Shown here: positions 29,017-38,640 of the stretch, one piece after another
Numbering within the stretch: position 1 is the first letter of the stretch
Layout: each line of letters starts with the position of its first letter
Source: Methanospirillum sp.
GTDB lineage: Archaea > Halobacteriota > Methanomicrobia > Methanomicrobiales > Methanospirillaceae
Length of the DNA: 64,000 bases
Assembly: GCA_012728895.1 (NCBI GenBank)
Contig: JAAYEG010000065.1
Span: forward strand, 7,538-71,537
Direction: 5' to 3'
Made by a program: the position numbers and the translations under genes
Notes under the pieces: model-generated
Database searches by the model: none
Told to the model about the DNA's origin: nothing
The model's input: the letters and a program-made list of their open reading frames with translations, nothing else

Positions 29017-31269
29017 TCAGGGTGACACGGGGGCCGGGGAGCCGACCGAGCGGCGGTGCTCGAGCCGGGCCTGGATCCGGTCCATCACCACGAGGGCCGC
29101 GGGCATCACCACGATCGCGCCCGTCAGGCTGAAGAGGACCGCGAAGACGGTCGTGACCCCGAAGTTCGAGATCAGGGGGAAGTTCGAGGCGAAGAGGGCC
29201 GAGAAACCGGCCGCCGTCGCGAGCCCCGAGACCAGGATCGCGCGGCCGATCCGCTGGACCGAGTGCTCGATCGCGACGAAGACGTCCCCGTACTTCTCTT
29301 TCTCCTCGAGAAACCGCTCGAGCACCAGGATCGTGTACTCGGCCGCAACCCCGATCGTCATCGAGCCGAGGACCGCGGTCAGCGGGGTGTACTCCATGCC
29401 GAGCACGGTCATGGCGACGGCGTTCCAGCCGACCACCGCGACGATCGGGATCAGCGGCGCGGCCGCGTGGACCTTCCGGTAGACCAGGAGCAGGACGGCC
29501 AGGACCCCGACGAACCCGAGCACGGTCATCCGGTCCTTGTTGTTTGCGATGTCGCCGATCAGGTTCGTGAAGAGCGCGAACGACCCGCTGGGCTCGGCCT
29601 GGATGCCAACCGGCGGGGAGACGTACGCGAGGTCGGCCTCGAGCTGCCTCTTGAGGGCCGCCTGGACCGGCATGTCCATCGTGGTGGAGCCGAACGAGAT
29701 CTGCGCCGTGCCGTGGCCCGAGAGGTACGGCTCCTTCGCCGACGCCGGCATGGCGTCGAGCACGGCGCGGAGCTCGCTCTCCGTCGATGGCAGGGTCCCG
29801 CCGTGGTACTGGACCACCAGGTCGGCGATGCTGGTCGCGCCGGTCAGCCGGTCGGCGTGGTGCGTGAGCGCGTAGTCCTCGAACTCGAGCATCCACCGGA
29901 GCGTGTCCAGGCTGTCGACCCCGTCGCCCCTGACCAGGATCGGGACCGGCGTGGTCGAGCCCATGCTCCGGCTCACCTTCTCCATCTGCACCAGGGCCGG
30001 CATGTCCTGCGGAACGAACGTGTTCTCGTCGGTGGAGATCGGGATCGACGGGTCGAGCGCGACCCCGAGGAGGGCCACGAGCCCGACCACGGCGAGGAGG
30101 GGGAGGGGGTTCTTCGCGATCCTCACCGAGAGGGTGGCGAGCAGGCGGTCGGGCCCGGTCGCCTGGCGGACCTCGGTGTGGACGCCCTTCGGCCTGTACC
30201 CGGTCAGCCGGGCGATGAGGGGGATACCGACGAGCGAGACCGCGTAGCAGGCCACGATCCCGGTGATCGCGACGAACGCGAAGCCCCCGATCATCGGGAT
30301 GGGCGAGATGAAGAGCGGCGCGAAGCCCATGGTGGTCGCGACCATCGCCCAGAAGACGGCCGGCCCGGTGTTCTCCATCGTCTCTCGGACCGCCACGGGG
30401 AGCGGGCCCTTCCGCGCCTCCTCCTCGAGCCGGGCGTGGAACTGGATCGCGTAGTCGACGCCGAGCCCGATCAGGATCGGGAACGCCCCGATGGCGGCCA
30501 TGGTGATCTTGACCCCCGCGAGCCCCAGGACCCCGAAGGTGATGACCAGGCCGATGCCGACCATCAGGACGGGCAGGAAGCGGTGGCTGACGTACCCGAA
30601 GAGGAGGCCCACCGCGCCCACCAATAGCAGCATCGCGACCCCGACGAGCGTGCCCGTCGAGGTCCCCATCTCGGTCCCCATCTGCTGGGCGAACGCGCTG
30701 CTCCCGGTCACCGAGACGGTGGTCCCGGGCGGGACGTCCGAACTCGAGACGAGCGACTGGATGTTGTCGAGCGCCGCGGTGCTCTGGTCGAGGGAGAGGC
30801 CCTGGTCGAGCGCGACCTGGACCAGCGTGAAGGTGTTGGACGGGACGTACCGTTCGAGCAGGCTCGCGGGGACCTGCGCCTTGACCGCGATCACCTCCGC
30901 GGCGGAGGTCGGGACTCTCCCGCCGTTCGCCTGCTTGACCAGATCGGCGATCGAGGCGACCGACGCGACGTGCTGCTGCCTGCGCAGGTCCGACTCGAGC
31001 GAGTCCAGGAACTGGAGCTGCTCGACGCCGGTCGAGTCGTCGGACTCGACGAGGATGATGACGGCATCGGAGGACCCGAATGTCGTCGTATAGGTGTTGT
31101 AGCTCTGGCCGAAGGGGGTGGACCCGTCCAGGTAGCCGTCCGTCCCGGTCTCCATCGTGATCAGGGTCGTCCCGTAGAGCGAGGCGACGAGCACGACCAG
31201 GAGAAGGCCGGCCACGACCTTCGGGTAGCCGTTGATCAGCCCGGCAAGCAGCGTGAATGGGGATCGCAT
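29017..31269 (-). CDS. RND-superfamily (MMPL / COG1033-type) exporter
   Basis: 750 aa with two blocks of about 6 TM helices separated by large loops. The N-terminus MRSPFTLLAGLINGYPKVVAGLLLVVLV is typical of predicted exporters of this family. Confidence 0.8.
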   Translation of the reverse strand: MRSPFTLLAGLINGYPKVVAGLLLVVLVASLYGTTLITMETGTDGYLDGSTPFGQSYNTYTTTFGSSDAVIILVESDDSTGVEQLQFLDSLESDLRRQQHVASVASIADLVKQANGGRVPTSAAEVIAVKAQVPASLLERYVPSNTFTLVQVALDQGLSLDQSTAALDNIQSLVSSSDVPPGTTVSVTGSSAFAQQMGTEMGTSTGTLVGVAMLLLVGAVGLLFGYVSHRFLPVLMVGIGLVITFGVLGLAGVKITMAAIGAFPILIGLGVDYAIQFHARLEEEARKGPLPVAVRETMENTGPAVFWAMVATTMGFAPLFISPIPMIGGFAFVAITGIVACYAVSLVGIPLIARLTGYRPKGVHTEVRQATGPDRLLATLSVRIAKNPLPLLAVVGLVALLGVALDPSIPISTDENTFVPQDMPALVQMEKVSRSMGSTTPVPILVRGDGVDSLDTLRWMLEFEDYALTHHADRLTGATSIADLVVQYHGGTLPSTESELRAVLDAMPASAKEPYLSGHGTAQISFGSTTMDMPVQAALKRQLEADLAYVSPPVGIQAEPSGSFALFTNLIGDIANNKDRMTVLGFVGVLAVLLLVYRKVHAAAPLIPIVAVVGWNAVAMTVLGMEYTPLTAVLGSMTIGVAAEYTILVLERFLEEKEKYGDVFVAIEHSVQRIGRAILVSGLATAAGFSALFASNFPLISNFGVTTVFAVLFSLTGAIVVMPAALVVMDRIQARLEHRRSVGSPAPVSP

Positions 31270-31326
31270 GAGACCTCCTGAGAGAGAACGGGCGGCCGGC
31301 CGCGAGGGGCCGGCCGATCGAGCCGT

Positions 31327-32628
31327 CTAGGCCGAACCCTTCCGGCGGCGATACACGACATACCCGCCCCCGATCAGCAGGGCCGCGATCAGCGCGAGCA
31401 CGAGCGGGGACCCGAGGAGGCTGCCCCCGGGGGTGACCGTGACGGAGACCTTCATGGTGTCGGAGATCTGGGAGTTGTCGAGCGCGTCGCGGTACCGGAC
31501 CTCGGAGTCGAGGCCGTACTCCTTCGCCGTCGCGCCCGCGTCGACCGAGACCTCGAACCGGGCTGCCTTCTCCTCGCCGGGCTCCATGTCGCCGAGGAAC
31601 GCGGTGTCGTCCGAGGAGGTGAACGGGTCCACGGCCGAGAGCCGCGCCTGGGCCGCCGCGACGGGCGCGGCGCCGGTGTTCCGGTAGACGACCTCGAGCA
31701 CCGCCTTCTCGCCGGCCGCGACCGATGCCGGGGCCGAGACCACGGCGAAGCCGATCTTGCCGCCGACGGGGACACCGATGGTCACGGGCCGGCCCGTCCG
31801 GTTGATCCCGTCGGTATCGTCGTAGCTGACCATGATATCGAGGGGATAGGACTGGGCCCCGGCCTCGCTCGAGACGGCGACCCGGTACCGCAGGTGCACG
31901 GTCTGGCCCGGCGCGAACGCGCCGACGAACACAGAGCTGTCGACCGGGGTGACCGGGGACTGGCCGTTCCGCGCGACGCGGACGATGGCGTTGGTCGCGG
32001 GCTCGGCCCCGGCGTTCTTCACCGTGAGGTTCAGGTAACCCTCGGTCCCGACGTTGAGCGACTCGGTCGTGACGTTCACGACCTCGAGCACGGCCTCGGG
32101 CTTCACGGTCAGGGCCAGGGGGATAGTCTCGCGGACCTCGCGGTACTGGTAGTTGATCGAGTCGCCGCCGATCTGCTCGGCCGAGGCGAGGTGGGTGTAG
32201 GTGAGGGCCAGCGGCAGTGTGTACGTGCCCGCGGGCGTGCCCGACGGGATGCGGACCATGAAGGTCGCCGGCGCCGCGGCGCCGCCGGGGATGTCGCCGA
32301 CCATCTGCGGGTCGGACTCGACCGCGATACCGCTCGCGCCGCCCAGGCCGACGGTCAGGGACTTGGCCGTGTTCGGGAGGTCCGTCCGCTCGACGATGGT
32401 CGTGCCGACCATCTTCGAGTCGATCAGGCCCGAGTTCTGGACGACGACGTTCAGGGGTACCGTCTGGCCGGCGGGGACCTCGTTCGACCCCGCGATCGAG
32501 GCCGAGAGGACCGGGCCGCCCGACGTGTACTTCGCCCCGGCCGCAACCGGGGAAACGATGACGGCAGCGATGAGAAGCGCGGCAACCGCGCACCCGACCG
32601 CTGCCCGGAGAGATACACTCGTCTGCAT
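31327..32628 (-). CDS. COG1361-type cell-surface (S-layer-domain-like) protein with C-terminal TM anchor
   Basis: Signal peptide, then repeated beta-rich CARDB-like segments (LNVVVQNSG, LNLTVKNAGAEPATN, LEVVYRNTGAAP). C-terminal LVLALIAALLIGGGYVVYRRRKG. Confidence 0.7.
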   Translation of the reverse strand: MQTSVSLRAAVGCAVAALLIAAVIVSPVAAGAKYTSGGPVLSASIAGSNEVPAGQTVPLNVVVQNSGLIDSKMVGTTIVERTDLPNTAKSLTVGLGGASGIAVESDPQMVGDIPGGAAAPATFMVRIPSGTPAGTYTLPLALTYTHLASAEQIGGDSINYQYREVRETIPLALTVKPEAVLEVVNVTTESLNVGTEGYLNLTVKNAGAEPATNAIVRVARNGQSPVTPVDSSVFVGAFAPGQTVHLRYRVAVSSEAGAQSYPLDIMVSYDDTDGINRTGRPVTIGVPVGGKIGFAVVSAPASVAAGEKAVLEVVYRNTGAAPVAAAQARLSAVDPFTSSDDTAFLGDMEPGEEKAARFEVSVDAGATAKEYGLDSEVRYRDALDNSQISDTMKVSVTVTPGGSLLGSPLVLALIAALLIGGGYVVYRRRKGSA

Positions 32629-32743
32629 GAGAACTGGCTCCGACGCGATTTACCCATACCCGAATGAGGTCTGGTCATTTAAAAGGTTCGTCAATGTGTA
32701 ACATATAGATGACGCAGACAATGGCAACACATGACATCAGCGG

Positions 32744-32750
32744 TTAAATA
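32744..32750 (+). promoter_or_regulatory. TATA box for leaderless HTH-PAS paralog
   Basis: TTAAATA is centred ~27 nt upstream of ATG 32774. Confidence 0.45.
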
Positions 32751-32773
32751 GGGAGTGGGACAATGGGTACACG

Positions 32774-34117
32774 ATGACCCGCCTCGATGCCGAGCTCGCG
32801 CGCATCCGGGAGATCCTCCGCGACCAGCTGCAGGGCATGTCCGTGACGGAGATCGCCGCGGCGCTCGGGAGGAACAAGCACTCGGTGGGGCGGTACCTCG
32901 ACGTGCTCCGTGCGTCCGGACAGGTCGAGATGCGGACCTTCGGGATGGCAAAGGTCTTCACCCTGGCGAAGAGGCTCCCGGTCGCGTCCATGCTCTCGAT
33001 CGCGGACGAGCCGATCCTGGTCCTCGACGAGGAGCGGCGCGTCAACGAGGCGAACGACGCCGCCCTCGCCCTCCTCGGGCTGCCGCGGGAGCGCGTAATC
33101 GGGCAGCGGCTCGACTACCTCCCGGCCCCCGATCCCCTGGTCCACGACCTTGTCCGGGAGATCGCCCTGGCGGCGGCGGGCCAGGCGACCAGCACCGAGA
33201 TCCACCTCGAGGGCGAAGACGAGCGCTGGTACTGGTGCCGGGCGATCCCGATGGTCTTCGAACTGGGCGAGCGCGGAGTCGTCCTGGTGCTCGCCGACGT
33301 CACCGAGCAGCGCCGGGCGGCCGAGGCGCTCGCGGCGTCCGAGGCCCTCTTCCGCGGGCTCGCCGAGAACGTGCAGGACGGCGTCCTGATCTACCGCGGC
33401 GAGACCCTCGTCTTCGCGAACAGCCGGGCGACCGAGTTCCTGGGGAGCGACCCGGGCGAGGGCGACCTGGCCCGGCTGGTGGCGGAGGTCGACCGGGAAC
33501 GGGCCGCGGCCCTGATCGCGGCGCATGTCGCCGACCCGCTCCGTCCCCGGGAGTTCCGGTGCTGGGTGCGGCGGGACGGTGCGGAGCGCTACCTGTACGC
33601 GCGCCTCTCGGCGGTCGAGGACGACGGCGAGGTGACGCGCTACCTGGTCCTGACCGACATTTCCGAGGAACACCGGGCCGAGATGGCGCTCCGAAAGCAG
33701 GCCGTCTTCGTGCAGCACTTCCTCGACGAGTTTCCGCACCCCTTCTACACCCTCGACGCCGCCGGCGTCTTCGTCGAGTGCAACGACGCCTTCGCCGCCA
33801 TGGTCGGGCGAGGGCGGGAGGACGTGGTCGGCGCGACCGTGGACGAGGTGGTCCCCGGGGAGGACCGCGAGGCCTTCGTCGTGGCCGACGCCGGGGTGCT
33901 CGAGCGGCCCGGCGAGCGGGTCTACTGCACGACCCTCACGGTCGCGGGAGAGGGGCGGACGCGGTTTCTCGTCCGGAAGTCGAGCCTCCGGATCGGGGAC
34001 GAGGGACGCCCGGTCGTGGTCGGCGTGCTGATCGGCCACCCGGATGCCGGCTCGAACCCCCGGTCGGCAGTCATCCCCGGGGACCCGGCCGCAGACGACG
34101 TGCGGGACACGCAGTAA
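32774..34117 (+). CDS. winged-helix HTH plus PAS domain protein (paralog of 13760..15562)
   Basis: MTRLDAELARIREILRDQLQGMSVTEIAAALGRNKHSVGRYLDVLRASGQVEMRTFGMAKVF, followed by PAS-like repeats. No catalytic output domain. Confidence 0.8.
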   Translation: MTRLDAELARIREILRDQLQGMSVTEIAAALGRNKHSVGRYLDVLRASGQVEMRTFGMAKVFTLAKRLPVASMLSIADEPILVLDEERRVNEANDAALALLGLPRERVIGQRLDYLPAPDPLVHDLVREIALAAAGQATSTEIHLEGEDERWYWCRAIPMVFELGERGVVLVLADVTEQRRAAEALAASEALFRGLAENVQDGVLIYRGETLVFANSRATEFLGSDPGEGDLARLVAEVDRERAAALIAAHVADPLRPREFRCWVRRDGAERYLYARLSAVEDDGEVTRYLVLTDISEEHRAEMALRKQAVFVQHFLDEFPHPFYTLDAAGVFVECNDAFAAMVGRGREDVVGATVDEVVPGEDREAFVVADAGVLERPGERVYCTTLTVAGEGRTRFLVRKSSLRIGDEGRPVVVGVLIGHPDAGSNPRSAVIPGDPAADDVRDTQ

Positions 34118-34271
34118 ACCCCGGGAGAGGACCGCGTTGCACCGGGGGCGCGGCTGCCCCGGGCGGAGGCGGGGGGGCGGCTCCGAACTCGAAGGCGGAC
34201 GTGCGGGGTGCGACGGCCCCCGGCGCGGCGGGCGGCTCCCGGGAGAGGAAGCCGTGGAATAATAAAATAGC

Positions 34272-34281
34272 AATATTTATT
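34272..34281 (+). promoter_or_regulatory. AT-rich TATA-like element upstream of the ADC/SDR cluster
   Basis: AATATTTATT lies ~35-45 nt upstream of ATG 34316. GAGGA sits at 34305..34309. Confidence 0.4.
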
Positions 34282-34315
34282 CCGGTTCTCACTACATCTT
34301 CACCGAGGAACACCG

Positions 34316-35134
34316 ATGTTCAGGTTCGACGAGACCAGGACCTACCGGATGCCGCCCTTCTTCGGCGGAACCGCCCCGGCGGCTCCGGACTTCGCGGTCC
34401 GGAACCGCGACGCGACCGCCATGGCGTTCACCTGCACCACGGACGAAGAGATGCTCGCGCAGCACGTCCCCGAGTGCTTCGAGATCCTGCGGCCCGAGGT
34501 GGTCTACACCTTCGGCCAGCTCCGGGAGATCGACTGGCTCGCCGGGGGGCGGTACAACGTCGTCACGGCCGACGTGCCGGTCCGGTTCAACGGGACGCGT
34601 GACCGGCTCGAGGGGAACCTGAACCTGGTCACCTGGGAGAACCTGGCCACCCCGATCATCGGGGGGCGGGAAGAGAACGGCGTCCCGAAGATCTACGCCG
34701 AGATCCAGGACCTGCACGCGGGGGCAGCGGGCTACCTCGGCGCGCCCGACTACTTCACCAACGCGAGCTACGACGGCAACACCTTCGTCAGGATGGAGAT
34801 GCGGGACCCGGTCCCCGTGGAGGGGGAGCGGCTCGCGGCCCTGAAGGCCGCGATGGCCACCGTCAACCTCCTCTGCTGGCGCTACATCCCGAACGTCAGC
34901 GGCCCCGGGGCGGCGCTGAGCCAGCCGATCCTGTACCCCCAGGGGGCCGAGGTGCACAGCGCCTGGACGGGGACGGGCTCGGTCGAGTGGATCCGGCTCG
35001 CGCCCTGGCAGAACCCGATGCAGCACCACATCGTCAACGCCCTCGCGGACCTCCCGATCCTGGCGATGGCCCCCGTGATGCTGGTGCAGAGCACCGCCGT
35101 GCTGAAGCCGAGCCAGGGGCGGGTGCTGGAGTAG
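34316..35134 (+). CDS. acetoacetate decarboxylase (ADC) family protein 1
   Basis: DVPVRFNGTRDRLEGNLNLVTWENLATPIIGGREENGVPK aligns with the clostridial Adc region PVSFNG...EPAIAVGRELSAYPKK (Schiff-base Lys). C-terminal AWTGTGSVEW resembles AWTGPTRLQL. Confidence 0.8.
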   Translation: MFRFDETRTYRMPPFFGGTAPAAPDFAVRNRDATAMAFTCTTDEEMLAQHVPECFEILRPEVVYTFGQLREIDWLAGGRYNVVTADVPVRFNGTRDRLEGNLNLVTWENLATPIIGGREENGVPKIYAEIQDLHAGAAGYLGAPDYFTNASYDGNTFVRMEMRDPVPVEGERLAALKAAMATVNLLCWRYIPNVSGPGAALSQPILYPQGAEVHSAWTGTGSVEWIRLAPWQNPMQHHIVNALADLPILAMAPVMLVQSTAVLKPSQGRVLE

Positions 35135-35186
35135 GCCTGCCCGGGACGCGGGCGGGAAACACGATCCACCACCGGAGGACTATCAC

Positions 35187-36023
35187 ATGAACAACCAGGG
35201 CTACTACACGGACAGGATCTGCATCGTAACGGGCGCGAACTCCGGCATCGGGTACGCGCTCAGCGAGGAACTGCTGAAGCGGGGCGCGACCGTCTACCTG
35301 CTCGGGCGGGACCCGGCGAAGGTCGCGGCCGCCGCCGGCAAACTCTCGTCGCACGGGGACCGGGTGCGGACCCTCGTCGCGGACGTGACGGACTGGGAAC
35401 AGGTGCGGACGGCGATCGAGGGCGCGGCAGCGGAGGCCGGAAGGCTGGACATGCTCTTCAACAACGCCGGCATCGGCGGCACCCTGCAGTTCGAGAAGGC
35501 GACCCTCGAGGACTGGAAGAAGATCATCGAGACCAACGTCTGGAGCGTGGTCTACGGCGTGCACGCGGCCTTCCCGATCATGCTCCGGCAGGGCTCGGGC
35601 CACATCGTGAACACCAGCTCGGCGGCCGGCATCGTCCCCCCGCCGTTCCAGGCGCTCTACTCGCTCACCAAGTTCGGCGTCACCGGCATGACCGAGTGCC
35701 TGCGGTACGAGTTCGCGGAGAAGGGGCTCTTCTTCTCGACGATCTGTCCGACCAACATCGCGACGCCCATCTTCCAGAGGTCGGCCGACGGCCCGGTGAA
35801 CGAGAAAGCGCCGATCCCCGACGACGCCTATCCCGTGGACCGGGCGGCCGTCGAGATCCTGGACGCGGTCGCCGAGCGGAAGGGGGTCATCGTCGTGCCC
35901 GAGGAGCCGGGCACGGCTGTCTGGCGGGGATGGGCCGCGGGAGACCCCGAGACGGAGGCGTATCTCATGCAGATGGCGCACGACCGCCGGGTCGCGTACG
36001 AGACGAAGGGGTCGTACTTCTGA
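35187..36023 (+). CDS. short-chain dehydrogenase/reductase (SDR), type a, copy 1
   Basis: TGANSGIGYA, NNAG and SSAAG...YSLTK (Ser-Tyr-Lys). Confidence 0.9.
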   Translation: MNNQGYYTDRICIVTGANSGIGYALSEELLKRGATVYLLGRDPAKVAAAAGKLSSHGDRVRTLVADVTDWEQVRTAIEGAAAEAGRLDMLFNNAGIGGTLQFEKATLEDWKKIIETNVWSVVYGVHAAFPIMLRQGSGHIVNTSSAAGIVPPPFQALYSLTKFGVTGMTECLRYEFAEKGLFFSTICPTNIATPIFQRSADGPVNEKAPIPDDAYPVDRAAVEILDAVAERKGVIVVPEEPGTAVWRGWAAGDPETEAYLMQMAHDRRVAYETKGSYF

Positions 36024-36042
36024 GGGCGGCGCTGGGGGGACC

Positions 36043-36897
36043 ATGGAGACCGGCGACTACTACCAAAAAAAGGTCTGCATCGTCACGGGCGCGAACTCCG
36101 GCATTGGGTACGCGCTCTCGGAGGAGCTGCTGAAGCGCGGCGCGACCGTCTACCTGCTCGGGCGCAACGCGGCGAAGGTCGCGGAGGCGGCCGGAAAGCT
36201 CGCGGCGCACGGGGACCGGGTGCGCACCCTGGTCGCGGACGTGACGGACGGGGCGCAGATGCGGGCGGCCGTCGAGGGCGCGGCAGCGGAGGCCGGCCGG
36301 CTCGACCTGCTCTTCAACAACGCCGGCGTCGGCCTGACCGTCCCGTTCGAGCGGATCGGCCTTGACGAGATGCGGGCGGTCATCGACGCCAACCTCTGGA
36401 GCGTGCTCTACGGGACGCACGCCGCCGTGCCGATCATGCTCCGGCAGGGCTCGGGCCAGATCGTCAGCACCTCGTCGATCGGCGGGCTCATCCCGGTGCC
36501 GTTCCAGTCACTGTACAACACGACCAAGTTCGCCGTCACCGGGCTCTCCGAGTCGTTGCGGTACGAGTACGCGGCGCGGGGGATCTCGTTCTCGGCCGTC
36601 TGCCCGTTCTTCATCGCGTCGGCCATCTTCAGCAAGGGCCTCGACGGCAGCACGGGCGACCAGGGGATCCCCGCCGGCGCCTACCCCGCGGACCGTGCCG
36701 CGGCCTTCATCCTCGACCGCGTCGCCGAACGGCAGGGGATCATCGTCGTGCCCGAGGAGCCGTTCCTCGGGCTCTGGCGGGAGTACGCGAACGGCGATCC
36801 GGGCATGGAGGCGTTCATGCTGGAGACCGCGAGGATGCGTGGGCAGCAGGTGGAACGGGGCGAGACGCCGACGGCGGTGCCGCCGCTCCCCCCATGA
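36043..36897 (+). CDS. short-chain dehydrogenase/reductase (SDR), type b, copy 1
   Basis: TGANSGIGYA, NNAG and SSIGG...YNTTK. Confidence 0.9.
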   Translation: METGDYYQKKVCIVTGANSGIGYALSEELLKRGATVYLLGRNAAKVAEAAGKLAAHGDRVRTLVADVTDGAQMRAAVEGAAAEAGRLDLLFNNAGVGLTVPFERIGLDEMRAVIDANLWSVLYGTHAAVPIMLRQGSGQIVSTSSIGGLIPVPFQSLYNTTKFAVTGLSESLRYEYAARGISFSAVCPFFIASAIFSKGLDGSTGDQGIPAGAYPADRAAAFILDRVAERQGIIVVPEEPFLGLWREYANGDPGMEAFMLETARMRGQQVERGETPTAVPPLPP

Positions 36898-36934
36898 CGC
36901 CGGGAGGCGGACGACAGGAGTGGAGGTGATCCGT

Positions 36935-37729
36935 ATGTTCGAGATCGATGATTCCCTCGACTACACCATGCCGGCGCACTTCGGCGGCACGGAGCTGGTG
37001 CCCGGGCACGTGGCCACGCAGCGCGTGACCGCCCTGGTGATCGCGTACGAGACCGACCGGGCGCTCCTCGAGGCGTTCGTCCCCCGTGAGTTCACGCTCC
37101 GCGCCCCGGAGGTGCAGGTGATGTTCGCCACGTTCGCCGGGGTCAACTGGCTGGCCGGCGCGCGGTACAACCTGGTCAACGTCTCGGCGCCCGTCCGGTT
37201 CGACGGGAGCAGGGACCACCTGGACGGCGATTACACGCTCGTCACCTGGGAGAACAGCACCGAGCCGATCCTGCGGGGACGGGAGCAGTCCGGGGTCCCC
37301 AAGGTCTACGCGGAGATCCAGGACCTGCGCGAGGTCGGGCCGTATTACTCCACGAACGCGAGCTTCGCGGGAAACACCTTCCTCTCCCTGGAGTTCGAGT
37401 CCGCGGGCCCGCTGGCGGGAAGCGAGCTCGGGGAGGTGCGGGCCGGGATGGCGACCCTGAACACCATCGGCTGGCGGTACATCCCCCGGATCAACGGCCC
37501 GGGAGCGGACCTCTCGCAGTTCGTGCTCTTCCCGCAGGGGCTGGACCTCGAGCGGGCCGAGGCGGGGGCGGGGAGCCTGCGCTGGACCGCGCTCTCCTGG
37601 ATGCAGCACCCGACGCAGCACCGGATCATCGAGGGCCTGGCCTCTCTGCCGGTGGAGCGGGTGACGCGGGCGGTGCTGGGGGAGGGGACCGGCGTGCTCG
37701 ACCGCCTTGGTTCGCGCCTGCTCGAGTGA
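36935..37729 (+). CDS. acetoacetate decarboxylase (ADC) family protein 2
   Basis: ATG after GGAGGTGAT. SAPVRFDGSRDHLDGDYTLVTWENSTEPILRGREQSGVPK. Collinear with 34316..35134. Confidence 0.8.
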   Translation: MFEIDDSLDYTMPAHFGGTELVPGHVATQRVTALVIAYETDRALLEAFVPREFTLRAPEVQVMFATFAGVNWLAGARYNLVNVSAPVRFDGSRDHLDGDYTLVTWENSTEPILRGREQSGVPKVYAEIQDLREVGPYYSTNASFAGNTFLSLEFESAGPLAGSELGEVRAGMATLNTIGWRYIPRINGPGADLSQFVLFPQGLDLERAEAGAGSLRWTALSWMQHPTQHRIIEGLASLPVERVTRAVLGEGTGVLDRLGSRLLE

Positions 37730-37778
37730 CCCGGCGCCGAAAACCACGAGAATGAACCAGAACTCAAAGGAGAATACA

Positions 37779-38615
37779 ATGACCAACCAGGACTACTACA
37801 AGGAGAAGATCTGCATTGTCACGGGCGCGAACTCGGGGATCGGGTACGCGCTCAGCGAGGAACTGCTGAAGCGCGGCGCGACCGTCTACCTGCTCGGACG
37901 CGACCCGGGAAAGGTCGCGGCCGCCGCCAAAAAACTCTCGTCGCACGGGGACCGGGTGCGCACGCTCGTCGCGGACGTGACGGACGGGGCGCAGGTGCAG
38001 CGGGCCATCGAGGGCGCGGCGGCGGAAGCCGGCCGGCTGGACATGCTCTTCAACAACGCCGGCATCGGCGGGACCATGCAGTTCGAGAAGGCCACGCTCG
38101 ACGACTGGAAAAAGTTGATCGATACGAACATCTGGAGCGTCATCTACGGCGTCCACGCGGCCCTCCCGATCATGCTCCGGCAGGGCTCGGGCCATGTCGT
38201 GAACACCAGCTCGGCCGCGGGCATCTTCCCTCCGCCGTTCCAGGCGCTGTACTCACTATCCAAGTTCGGCGTCACCGGCATGACCGAGTGCCTCCGGTAC
38301 GAGTTCGCTGAGAAGGGGCTGGCCTTCTCGACGGTCTGTCCCTCCAACATCGCGACGCCGATCTTCCAGAAGTCTCCCGATGGCACGGTCCACGACCAGC
38401 TGCCGATACCCGACGACGCCTATCCCGCGGACAGGACGGCCGTCGAGATCCTGGACGCGGCCGCGGAGCGGAAAGGGGTCATCGTCGTGCCCGAGCAGCC
38501 GGGTACCGATATCTGGCGGGGATGGGCGGCGGGGGACCCCGGGACGGAGGCGTTCCTGATGCAGATGGCGCACGACCGGCGCGTCGCGTACGAGACGAAG
38601 GGGTCGTACTTCTGA
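37779..38615 (+). CDS. short-chain dehydrogenase/reductase (SDR), type a, copy 2
   Basis: MTNQDYYKEKICIVTGANSGIGYA after AAGGAG. YSLSK. Most residues identical to 35187..36023. Confidence 0.9.
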   Translation: MTNQDYYKEKICIVTGANSGIGYALSEELLKRGATVYLLGRDPGKVAAAAKKLSSHGDRVRTLVADVTDGAQVQRAIEGAAAEAGRLDMLFNNAGIGGTMQFEKATLDDWKKLIDTNIWSVIYGVHAALPIMLRQGSGHVVNTSSAAGIFPPPFQALYSLSKFGVTGMTECLRYEFAEKGLAFSTVCPSNIATPIFQKSPDGTVHDQLPIPDDAYPADRTAVEILDAAAERKGVIVVPEQPGTDIWRGWAAGDPGTEAFLMQMAHDRRVAYETKGSYF

Positions 38616-38640
38616 GCGCGGCCCGCGGAAGGGGACGACG

